The notes below the pieces were generated by a model. It was not told the DNA's origin. It searched no databases and saw only the letters and a list, made by a program, of their open reading frames with translations. The position numbers were made by a program, and so were the translations under genes. A stretch of DNA of 64,000 nucleotides from an uncultured Actinomycetes bacterium. GTDB lineage: Bacteria > Actinomycetota > Actinomycetes > Nanopelagicales > Nanopelagicaceae. This document shows positions 1-7,620 of the stretch, piece by piece. Position 1 is the stretch's first letter. The number at the start of each line of letters is the position of its first letter. The stretch covers positions 2,159 through 66,158 of the forward strand of contig CAIJYZ010000093.1 in NCBI GenBank assembly GCA_903825015.1, in the 5' to 3' direction.

Positions 1-1305
1 GCTGCCGACGTTGTAAACATGGTTATAAACAACATCCATATTTACTCGCAGCTTTTGATCGTGCATTGCCTGAATAGCTTGTTTTAATTCAGTAATTCGG
101 GCAGTTGGTTTGGTTGGATCTGAACTATAAGATCCTTCTGGAACGTTGTAGTTCATTGGGTCATATCCCCAGTTAAATGTTGGGGTCGCCTCATTGACTG
201 ATGCATAATCAAATATTGGAAGCAGTTCTACGTGAGTTACTCCAAGATCTTTTATGGCAGAAATGCCGGTCTTTTGACCGTTGCTGCTGGTGTTTAGATC
301 CGTGAAAGCCAAGAACTTGCCTTTATGCGCTGCCGGAATTCCACTAGAGCTATCCATAGATAGATCTCGAACATGAAGCTCATAGATAACTGCATCCGTT
401 GCTTTGCCACTAAAAGTAGGTTTGGTTTTCTTCCAGTTTGCAGGGTTTGTGGCGGCTAAATCAACGACCACTCCGCGCGCTCCATTGATTGTGGTTGCCC
501 GGACATAAGGATCAACTGCTTCATTTGTCGTGCCTTCTAGCGCAACCCGATAGTTATAAATTAAACCTTGTTTATCACCCGCCATACTCAAAACCCACGT
601 TCCATTTACATCAGCAACCATGGGTGTTTCAACACCTTGTGCCAAGGTTGCATCAGCGGTGGCGTAAGTAACGAGCGAAACTGCTTTTGCAGTTGGTGCC
701 CAAACGCGAAACTTGGTTGCTGATTTCGAATAAGTATTTCCAAGATCGTTTCCTGTGTAGGTGAACTTGCCAATGAAATCAGCAGAATCATAAAGTTTTG
801 CGGCCTTGTTTGGGATTATTACAACTGCAGGGCCTATTGGTTTTTCATAGTAGATAGTTGGATCGTTTTGACGAAGCCAGACTTCGGCGGTTCCATCGGC
901 ATTAAACTTAGTGATAAATCGATCAGCGCTGATGTCTTTTGAATCCCATGCACCCTTGCGCATAATGATTCCGATATTTTCAAATTTATCCATGTTATCT
1001 ACTGAGACAACTGCAACTTTGCCGAAATCATCATCTGCAGTAAATAGCACACCATTTTTTTCTACATCAGAATCATTGCCAGTTGTTACATTTCGCCAAA
1101 GCCACGCGTTCCAGTTGGCGTAATCTGCGCTAGGTCGCTGATAGTGAATTGTTAATTTAATGACAGCTGGATTTGCAGCTGTGGCAAGAGCCGGTAAACC
1201 CACTGCAGTGATTACAGCTACCGAAATTAACGCCAGTGCCCTCTTCCAATAGTTCAAAGGATTCAGAAGTGACGACGAGTTGGGCGCTTGATTCAGTGTT
1301 TGCAT
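1..1305 (-). CDS. pulA: Secreted type I pullulanase (GH13), N-terminal part; 3' end runs off the window; absent from the ORF track
   Basis: Manual translation from ATG 1305: signal peptide (KRALALISVAVITAVGLPALATA), PUD/CBM41-like IHYQRPSADYANWNAWLW, FNWGYDPMNY pullulanase motif, GH13 region I MDVVYNH at the window edge. Confidence 0.9.
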   Translation of the reverse strand, partial: MQTLNQAPNSSSLLNPLNYWKRALALISVAVITAVGLPALATAANPAVIKLTIHYQRPSADYANWNAWLWRNVTTGNDSDVEKNGVLFTADDDFGKVAVVSVDNMDKFENIGIIMRKGAWDSKDISADRFITKFNADGTAEVWLRQNDPTIYYEKPIGPAVVIIPNKAAKLYDSADFIGKFTYTGNDLGNTYSKSATKFRVWAPTAKAVSLVTYATADATLAQGVETPMVADVNGTWVLSMAGDKQGLIYNYRVALEGTTNEAVDPYVRATTINGARGVVVDLAATNPANWKKTKPTFSGKATDAVIYELHVRDLSMDSSSGIPAAHKGKFLAFTDLNTSSNGQKTGISAIKDLGVTHVELLPIFDYASVNEATPTFNWGYDPMNYNVPEGSYSSDPTKPTARITELKQAIQAMHDQKLRVNMDVVYNHVYNVGS

Positions 1306-1413
1306 GTGCCCAAAATACGCAACAAAGGCGCAATAGGGAATGTAATAGGGGCTGAAAGTGCTGAATTTGATAACGAGACGTTAACTTTGCTGTGGAAATC
1401 GCCTTTTATGCAA

Positions 1414-1794
1414 TTACTGCGGGTTCTTCACAAGACATAAGGGATGACCCTCAGGATCAAGGTAAACCCGAAACATCTGTCCGGGTTGAACTTCATGCTT
1501 ACTAGCGCCAATTGCCAAAATTTTGTTTTCACCTTCGTCTAGATCTAAAACGTGAAAATCAAAATGTAGTTGTTGCGGAATAGCACCTTCTGGCCAGTTA
1601 GGTGCGGTGTAATTTGCTACTTTCTGGAAGGCCATAACCCTTTGCCCGTTATTAAACAGGTCCACCCACTCAACAACCTCTTCTGCTTCATCAAATGGTG
1701 CAACTTCCCAGCCAGTTAGTTCAGAGTAGAAACGTGCAAGGGAAGCCGGATGCGCGCAGTCAACAACGGTATAAACGTGATGAGCAATAGCCAT
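1414..1794 (-). CDS. VOC/glyoxalase family protein
   Basis: VVDCAHPASLARFY, QLHFDF and LDPEGHPLC motifs; start moved to MAIAHH to avoid overlap. Confidence 0.8.
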   Translation of the reverse strand: MAIAHHVYTVVDCAHPASLARFYSELTGWEVAPFDEAEEVVEWVDLFNNGQRVMAFQKVANYTAPNWPEGAIPQQLHFDFHVLDLDEGENKILAIGASKHEVQPGQMFRVYLDPEGHPLCLVKNPQ

Positions 1795-1814
1795 AAAAGA
1801 AAGTGTAGAACGAA

Positions 1815-2273
1815 CTACTTCTTCTTTGTATAGCCCTTTGGACAAACAGGCTTAAGTGCGGCGACTTTCTTGGTGGTTTTGCCCTTTACGCAAGTGATCG
1901 TCTTGTTCTTAAGTGCGGTGTATTCCAACTGTCCAAGAGTTACTTCGAACTCACCTAACTCCTCAGCTGCATATGCTTTGGTTGATGCCACCTCTGTTGA
2001 AGGATCTACAAGGGATCTTTCAATCATTCCCCGGACATCTAAGAAATCAACGATTGCTGCCTTAAGAATCGATGTTGAAGATGAGTCATTGATCAGCTTT
2101 GGCTTAAGAGCTACGAAACGTGCGTATTGAATGTCAAACATCCCCTTGTACTTAACTTGCAGCGTCGCAACTTCCTCTGCACGAGTTGGGACAACGTCTT
2201 CGGCATAAACTGGAACGTTTCCACCGATGATGAATGATGCGACAAGAACGAAAAGTAGGCTACGTAGTTTCAT
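1815..2273 (-). CDS. Secreted hypothetical protein with Lys-rich, two-Cys C-terminal tail
   Basis: Signal peptide (VYA cleavage); tail KTITCVKGKTTKKVAALKPVCPKGYTKKK. Confidence 0.75.
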   Translation of the reverse strand: MKLRSLLFVLVASFIIGGNVPVYAEDVVPTRAEEVATLQVKYKGMFDIQYARFVALKPKLINDSSSTSILKAAIVDFLDVRGMIERSLVDPSTEVASTKAYAAEELGEFEVTLGQLEYTALKNKTITCVKGKTTKKVAALKPVCPKGYTKKK

Positions 2274-2363
2274 GGCTTAAAAATACTTCAGGTTGGGACC
2301 CAGATAGGGGGTAAACCCAAACTGGTGAGTGATAGCGCTTGTGATTTACATTATCCTTCACGC

Positions 2364-3290
2364 ATGACAATGCATCCTCAAGCACGGGCATATCTCGAGT
2401 ACATCACAGCACATAATCGGCTTCCCGAAGCTGCAACTTTGGCGCAGATACGTGAAGATGTTTATGGATACATTAAATTTGCAGGACCTGAATCTGATGA
2501 TGCCGTTGTCGAAAATACTTATTTCACATCCCCTACCGCAGATTTACATGCCGCGATTTGGCGGCCAAAGAATGTAAAACCCAATGCACCAGCCCTTGTT
2601 TATTTTCATGGTGGCGGATGGATATACAGTTTTCCATTGCGTTACGCAGCAGTGCTTTCAAATATCGCAGCCGAAACTGGCTTTGTTGTTATCTCAGTTA
2701 ATTACCAAAAAGCCCCGGAGCACCCATTCCCTATCCCATTTGATGATTGTTATGCAGGTCTTTTATGGGTCGCAAGAAATGCAGAAAGATTTGGAATCGA
2801 CCCAACAAAGATCGGTGTTGGCGGTGATAGCGCTGGTGGAAACTTGGCGGCAGCCGTTGCACTCAAAGCAGCCGAAACAAGTGATGTGAAATTGGCATTT
2901 CAAATGTTGGTGTATCCAGGTATTGATATGAATTATGAAACTAAGTCATATCAAGAGCATGCAACTGGATTCGGATTAGATAAGAATGGAATGGTAGGGG
3001 CTTGGAACCTATATGTCCCAGAAGATCAACGAACAAATAAGTATGCAGTGCCTGGCCGTGCCACAACTTTCAATAATGTCGCGCCGGCAATTATTGCAAT
3101 CGCTGAACACGACGTTTTGCGTGATGACGGTGCTAATTACGCAGAACTGCTAGAAAAATCGGGAGTCCCGGTAATTTTGAAGGAATACCCTGGGATGATT
3201 CACGGATTTTTACAACATGGGACTTTTGTCGAAGATGCCTATGAATTACGTAAGTGGTTAAGTGCCCAGATCGTTAAAGCTGTTAATTAA
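2364..3290 (+). CDS. Alpha/beta hydrolase, HSL-family esterase/lipase
   Basis: HGGGW oxyanion motif, GDSAGG nucleophile, HDVLRD and HGF; TATCCT 6 nt before ATG 2364. Confidence 0.9.
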   Translation: MTMHPQARAYLEYITAHNRLPEAATLAQIREDVYGYIKFAGPESDDAVVENTYFTSPTADLHAAIWRPKNVKPNAPALVYFHGGGWIYSFPLRYAAVLSNIAAETGFVVISVNYQKAPEHPFPIPFDDCYAGLLWVARNAERFGIDPTKIGVGGDSAGGNLAAAVALKAAETSDVKLAFQMLVYPGIDMNYETKSYQEHATGFGLDKNGMVGAWNLYVPEDQRTNKYAVPGRATTFNNVAPAIIAIAEHDVLRDDGANYAELLEKSGVPVILKEYPGMIHGFLQHGTFVEDAYELRKWLSAQIVKAVN

Positions 3291-4027
3291 TGTTTGAAGC
3301 GCACACTTTGCTTATCGCCGGATGCCTATTTCTTGGAGCGATTCTTTATACATCCGTGGGACATGCAGGCGCATCAGCATATATAGCTGTTATGACACTA
3401 TTTGATTTGCCACCATTGGTTATTAAGCCGACTGCGTTAACTCTTAATATCTTCGTTTCTTCCTACACATCATTTCGTTACATAAAAAATAACTTCTTCA
3501 ACAAATCGCTCTTCCTCTTTTTAATTCTTGGTTCGGTACCGGCTGCATTTATCGGTGGGCGCATTAATCTGCCGAGCCATGTCTATAAGCCAATAATCGG
3601 CGTGTTGCTGCTCTTATCTGGAGTGAGATTTCTAGTTCAGGCGCTCCAATCAGAGAAAGCACATCGAGAAGTTGTTAAACCTTTAGCCATATTTATAGGC
3701 GCTTGCGTCGGATTGCTATCAGGAATCACTGGTACTGGCGGCGGAATCTTCCTGTCCCCACTAATTATTTGGCTGGGTTGGGTTAGCGTAAAACAGGCAA
3801 GCGGAACAGTTGCCGCTTTTATCTTCGTAAATTCAATCGCTGGATTGCTTGGAAACTTCCAATCGACTTCATCGCTTCCAAATGAACTACCAGTATTTCT
3901 TGTGGCAGTTCTGCTTGGTGCCTTCATCGGCACTCGTTTTGGAATTTCACGATTTTCATCCGTTGGTATTAAGCGGGCATTGGGCTTTGTTTTACTAATA
4001 GCAGGAGCAAAGTTCCTTCTTGCATGA
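3290..4027 (+). CDS. TSUP (TauE/SafE) family membrane transporter
   Basis: About 8 TM helices with two repeats (SVGHAGAS...; GITGTGGGIFLSP). Confidence 0.85.
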   Translation: MFEAHTLLIAGCLFLGAILYTSVGHAGASAYIAVMTLFDLPPLVIKPTALTLNIFVSSYTSFRYIKNNFFNKSLFLFLILGSVPAAFIGGRINLPSHVYKPIIGVLLLLSGVRFLVQALQSEKAHREVVKPLAIFIGACVGLLSGITGTGGGIFLSPLIIWLGWVSVKQASGTVAAFIFVNSIAGLLGNFQSTSSLPNELPVFLVAVLLGAFIGTRFGISRFSSVGIKRALGFVLLIAGAKFLLA

Positions 4028-4068
4028 ATAAACCCTCCCGTCGGGAAAATCGGGAGGGTTTATTTTTT
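4027..4068. terminator. Intrinsic terminator between convergent genes, probably bidirectional
   Basis: 14-bp inverted repeat AATAAACCCTCCCG / CGGGAGGGTTTATT followed by a T-run. Confidence 0.8.
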
Positions 4069-4074
4069 AGCTAC

Positions 4075-5055
4075 CTACTTCTTACGGCGTTTGATTCCAT
4101 TTGCGTCGTAGTACTGACGCCAGATGCCGCGGTGAATTGGGATTCGCATTGGAAGTGATTTAATACCTGGAATTACAGGGATTAAAATTAAGCCCAATGA
4201 CAGCGCACCCATGACGAACATGATGTACGCATCGGCATTTGCACCAATTGGCTTTGATTCTTCATTGTTAAATGGAGGAATCTGATACCAGAACGAATAG
4301 AGCCACAACCAAGCTTGTCCTGGATAGCGACCGGTTTCATTCATCATTCCCCAGGTGCCGCCCTGCAAATTAGCTGCAGTACCAGCATCATCGAGATATG
4401 AACCATCGCCAAAGAACAAGATCTGCTTTGTGTTATCTGTCTGGAAGAAGCCACCTTGTGACAAGAGCGCTGCATCGAGTGCGCCGCCCTTAGCCATATC
4501 GGTTAAGCCTTGTGCAAGTGCTGGAACAGGCCCATACGCACCAGCGGGAACATCAGATAATTTTCCTTCAACTTTAGTAATTGCATCGTCGTAAGCAGTT
4601 GCCCAATCTTGCTTTTGTGTATCACTTGCTGCCTTCCAAGTCGCCAGAGCACTGGCAATTTCGGTAGACATCACTTGTGTACTTAACGGTGCAATAACAA
4701 ATTCATTGACGGTATCGATTGGATGTGTGACACCTGCCCATTTTTGTAACCAGAAAGGGCCAACGTTAAGGCCATCTGCGGCTTTGTTATATGGGCCGCC
4801 ATAGGTTGCAGTTCCACTGGTTCCAGCAAGTTCTTGAACCGCTGTTGCATAGAAGTTATCTGCATTGCTGACTGCCCAGCCTTTAAATGTGAGTGGTGTT
4901 TCATCAGGTGATCCCATGAGCAGTGACAAAACAATCGCGGCAATTGCTACAAAGGCAACAGCAATGCTGCCCTCTTTTACAATGTCATATCGCTTTGTTT
5001 TGCCTGTCCATGGTGCTGCATCGAATTCATGTTTTGCTTCTTTTGAAATACTCAT
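4075..5055 (-). CDS. Membrane protein coupled to cytochrome b; possible divergent cytochrome b C-terminal (subunit IV-like) protein with large insertion
   Basis: N-terminal TM helix after RYDIVKE, C-terminal PGQAWLWLY plus TM helix; ATGA overlap with the cyt b stop; no Cys, no CxxCH. Confidence 0.6.
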   Translation of the reverse strand: MSISKEAKHEFDAAPWTGKTKRYDIVKEGSIAVAFVAIAAIVLSLLMGSPDETPLTFKGWAVSNADNFYATAVQELAGTSGTATYGGPYNKAADGLNVGPFWLQKWAGVTHPIDTVNEFVIAPLSTQVMSTEIASALATWKAASDTQKQDWATAYDDAITKVEGKLSDVPAGAYGPVPALAQGLTDMAKGGALDAALLSQGGFFQTDNTKQILFFGDGSYLDDAGTAANLQGGTWGMMNETGRYPGQAWLWLYSFWYQIPPFNNEESKPIGANADAYIMFVMGALSLGLILIPVIPGIKSLPMRIPIHRGIWRQYYDANGIKRRKK

Positions 5056-5672
5056 CGTCCTGCCCCACTAACTGATGGCTCGGCATCGATAGGAGGAACT
5101 ACGCCACGTCGGCGCACCATGAGTACGTGAATTACTGTAATTACGCCCAGAATCAGTGGAAGGAAAGCTACATGGAGTAGCAACATCTGACCCAAGTTAG
5201 TTACGTTAAAGAAAGCGCCGATTCCCATTGAGTTGAAACCATCTTTAGCTTCAAAAGAAATCCACTGTGAATCGAAGTTTGTTTGAACAAGGTAGCCTGT
5301 AAATGCTGTCGCGATGGATGCAACGAAAGCGATTGCGCCAGTTGCCCACGTTCTAAAGCGATTTCCGCGCCATGCAGCCATCCAATACTTGCCCCAAAGA
5401 TGAACCACCATGAACACAAAGAACATTTGAACAGACCAGAAGTGCAAGCTATTTGTAAATAAGCCAACATCTGAAATGTGATACCAAGCAGGTCCTTCAA
5501 AAGCCAAAATAATTCCGGAGAGAATAATCATGCCAAGTGCTGCAAGAGTCAGTACTCCGAATACGTAAATCCATGATGCAACGTAGGCAGGTTGATCATC
5601 CGGAAGAAGTTTTTCAATCGGTAGATTCTTCTGCCATTTATTGCGAAGTTTGGCGGTCCACATTTCGCTCAT
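5052..5672 (-). CDS. Cytochrome b N-terminal-domain (b6-like) protein, 206 aa
   Basis: Four TM helices with heme-ligand His pairs SLHFW..VHLW and LHVAFLP..IHVL; TW.TG and TGY motifs; start ATG 5672 with SD GAGGAG. Confidence 0.85.
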   Translation of the reverse strand: MSEMWTAKLRNKWQKNLPIEKLLPDDQPAYVASWIYVFGVLTLAALGMIILSGIILAFEGPAWYHISDVGLFTNSLHFWSVQMFFVFMVVHLWGKYWMAAWRGNRFRTWATGAIAFVASIATAFTGYLVQTNFDSQWISFEAKDGFNSMGIGAFFNVTNLGQMLLLHVAFLPLILGVITVIHVLMVRRRGVVPPIDAEPSVSGAGR

Positions 5673-5833
5673 TTGTGCTCCTCTTTGTCCTTTGGAAATG
5701 GAACAAAGACTGCCAATGCAAAGATGGTAAGCATCAGCACAATTACGATTAGGTTTGAAACTGAAATCTGCAGCCAACCTGATTTGAGATAAGTTGCAGG
5801 ATTATTCATAAAATCTGAAATCCAGCCTGTCAT
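5669..5833 (-). CDS. Small single-TM protein (54 aa, or 46 aa from ATG 5809), not in the ORF track
   Basis: MTGWISDFMNNPATYLKSGWLQISVSNLIVIVLMLTIFALAVFVPFPKDKEEHK*; its TGA overlaps the cyt b ATG (ATGA). Confidence 0.75.
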   Translation of the reverse strand: MTGWISDFMNNPATYLKSGWLQISVSNLIVIVLMLTIFALAVFVPFPKDKEEHK

Positions 5834-5951
5834 TAATTTGTCCGTTCGTTCGAATCGAGTGCTCTCGAATTCGTTAGCGGTTACGGTACGACTAGAACTA
5901 AGAATTTCCTACGCTGAATGTGAGCGGGACCACTCTCGACAGATTCTCAGG

Positions 5952-6356
5952 CTAGGGGTTAAGAAGCTCGTTCAGAAGTGTTTCTACGCGTGCTTTGATC
6001 TCGTCGCGAATAACTCGAACCGCTTCAATCCCCTGCCCTGCTGGATCTTCAAGTACCCAATCTTCATAGCGTTTGCCTGGATAAAACGGACATGCATCGC
6101 CACAACCCATCGTTACTACTGCATCAGAAGCCTGTACAGCTTCAGGAGTTAAAACCTTGGGAACATTATTAGCAATATCAATTCCAACTTCTGCCATAGC
6201 CTCGATTGCGATGGGATTGATTGTGTCTTTAGGCGCAGAACCCGCAGAGAGAACCTCAACGCGATCCTGCCCAAGTGTTTTCATAAATCCTGCAGCCATT
6301 TGCGAACGTCCTGCGTTATGAACGCAAACAAAAAGTACGGTTGGTTTATTTGTCAT
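5952..6356 (-). CDS. arsC: Arsenate reductase, LMW-PTP fold, three-Cys (thioredoxin-type)
   Basis: CVHNAGRS P-loop, MGCGDACP resolving cysteines, W..EDPAG. Confidence 0.9.
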   Translation of the reverse strand: MTNKPTVLFVCVHNAGRSQMAAGFMKTLGQDRVEVLSAGSAPKDTINPIAIEAMAEVGIDIANNVPKVLTPEAVQASDAVVTMGCGDACPFYPGKRYEDWVLEDPAGQGIEAVRVIRDEIKARVETLLNELLNP

Positions 6357-6993
6357 CAGCGAGCACCTTTGTTAAACCCAAGCCAATCAAGGCTCCAAGT
6401 ATTTGAGCGGAAATGAACTTTGCGACACAACCCGGTGCTATGCCAGCAAATGAATCGCTAAAAGCACGACCAATGGTTACCGCCGGGTTTGCAAAGGATG
6501 TTGAACTAGTAAAAAAGTATGCGCTGCCAATCCAAGATGCAACTATCACCGGGATCAACGCTAACTTTTCCTGCGAAATTAAGAGATTGATAATTAAGAT
6601 TAAGCCTGCAGTTGCAACAATTTCACCTAGATAAAGAGCACCGCCACTACGGACCTTTGTTGCAGATTCAAATAGTGAATGACTAAACATGGCATTCGCC
6701 AAAGCAGCGCCTGCTATTCCGCCTGCAATTTGAGCTACCGCGTATTGAATAAAACCTATAAAGGTAGTTCGCTTTTGAATCAAGTCGATCAATGTCACTA
6801 CCGGATTAAAATTCGCACCACTAATTGGGGCAAGAATTTGGATAAGTACCATTAAACCAAAAACAGTTGAAATCGCATTAATTAGTAATTCAACACCGAT
6901 ATCCTGCGAAAGATTTGTTGCCATAATTCCCGAGCCAATTACGACTGCAACCAACAAGCAGGTTCCCAAGAACTCTGCAAAAATCTTCTTCAC
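6346..6993 (-). CDS. MIP family channel (arsenic-associated aquaglyceroporin, AqpS-like)
   Basis: AEFLGT, ISGANFNPVVT (variant NPA), STSFANPAVT; overlaps arsC; leaderless GTG 6993. Confidence 0.88.
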   Translation of the reverse strand: MKKIFAEFLGTCLLVAVVIGSGIMATNLSQDIGVELLINAISTVFGLMVLIQILAPISGANFNPVVTLIDLIQKRTTFIGFIQYAVAQIAGGIAGAALANAMFSHSLFESATKVRSGGALYLGEIVATAGLILIINLLISQEKLALIPVIVASWIGSAYFFTSSTSFANPAVTIGRAFSDSFAGIAPGCVAKFISAQILGALIGLGLTKVLADDK

Positions 6994-6999
6994 TTGGAA

Positions 7000-7032
7000 A
7001 GAGTACAAGTCTTAGGTGAACGAAAGGTGAAT
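7000..7032 (-). promoter_or_regulatory. Putative PHO box (two 11-nt direct repeats) plus -10 element of the MIP-arsC promoter
   Basis: ATTCACCTTTC-GTTCACCTAAG; GTTCAC ends 10 nt before TACTCT, which is 6 nt before GTG. Confidence 0.6.
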
Positions 7033-7037
7033 AGACT

Positions 7038-7070
7038 AAAAAGCCCACCAGCCAGAACGACTGATGGGCT
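7038..7070 (-). terminator. Intrinsic terminator after FKBP gene
   Basis: Minus strand AGCCCATCAGTC..GGCTGGTGGGCT (G-U pairs) followed by a T-run. Confidence 0.7.
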
Positions 7071-7084
7071 CCATTTAATGCCTA

Positions 7085-7579
7085 TTACGAAACGCCGATA
7101 ATATCTACAACGAAGATTAACGTTGCATTAGGACCGATTGGACCTGAACCATTTGGGCCATAACCAAGATCGGCGGGAATCACTAGCAAGCGACGACCTC
7201 CCACTTTTGCTCCGGGCAAGCCTTGCTGCCATCCGGCAATCACGCCTGAAAGTGGAAACGTTGCAGGCTGTCCGCCTGTCCATGAAGATTCAATAATCTT
7301 TCCATCAGACCATGTCATCAATGTGTAATGAACTGTCAGTGTTGAAGTTGCAAGAACTTCGGCGCCAGTTCCAACAATAATGTCCTCAGTTTCAAGAGTT
7401 GTAGGTGCAGTTCCGGTTGGAGCTGTAATTGTTGGCGCTTCACCTGCATTGGCAGTTACTGCCGGCAAGCCCGTTGATGCTGTATCTGCCACTTTGTCTT
7501 TTCCTCCGCATGCTGAAAGGGATGTAAGTGAAATCGCAATAACTGCTGCGATGGCTAAGTTTCTACGCTTTGATTTCAT
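7085..7579 (-). CDS. FKBP-type peptidyl-prolyl isomerase, lipoprotein
   Basis: Lipobox LSAC; VIAGWQQGL, GGRRLLVIPADLGYG, TLIFVVD. Confidence 0.92.
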   Translation of the reverse strand: MKSKRRNLAIAAVIAISLTSLSACGGKDKVADTASTGLPAVTANAGEAPTITAPTGTAPTTLETEDIIVGTGAEVLATSTLTVHYTLMTWSDGKIIESSWTGGQPATFPLSGVIAGWQQGLPGAKVGGRRLLVIPADLGYGPNGSGPIGPNATLIFVVDIIGVS

Positions 7580-7620
7580 GCGCAAAATCTACCATTCGAA
7601 CTAACCAGATTAGACGTGAG

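Noticed and set aside
5673-5777. Cys/His-rich N-terminal extension of cyt b (CADAYHLC..C) as a metal or heme site
   Set aside because: Artefact of an early TTG start; the region encodes the 54-aa peptide in another frame and ATG 5672 has an SD
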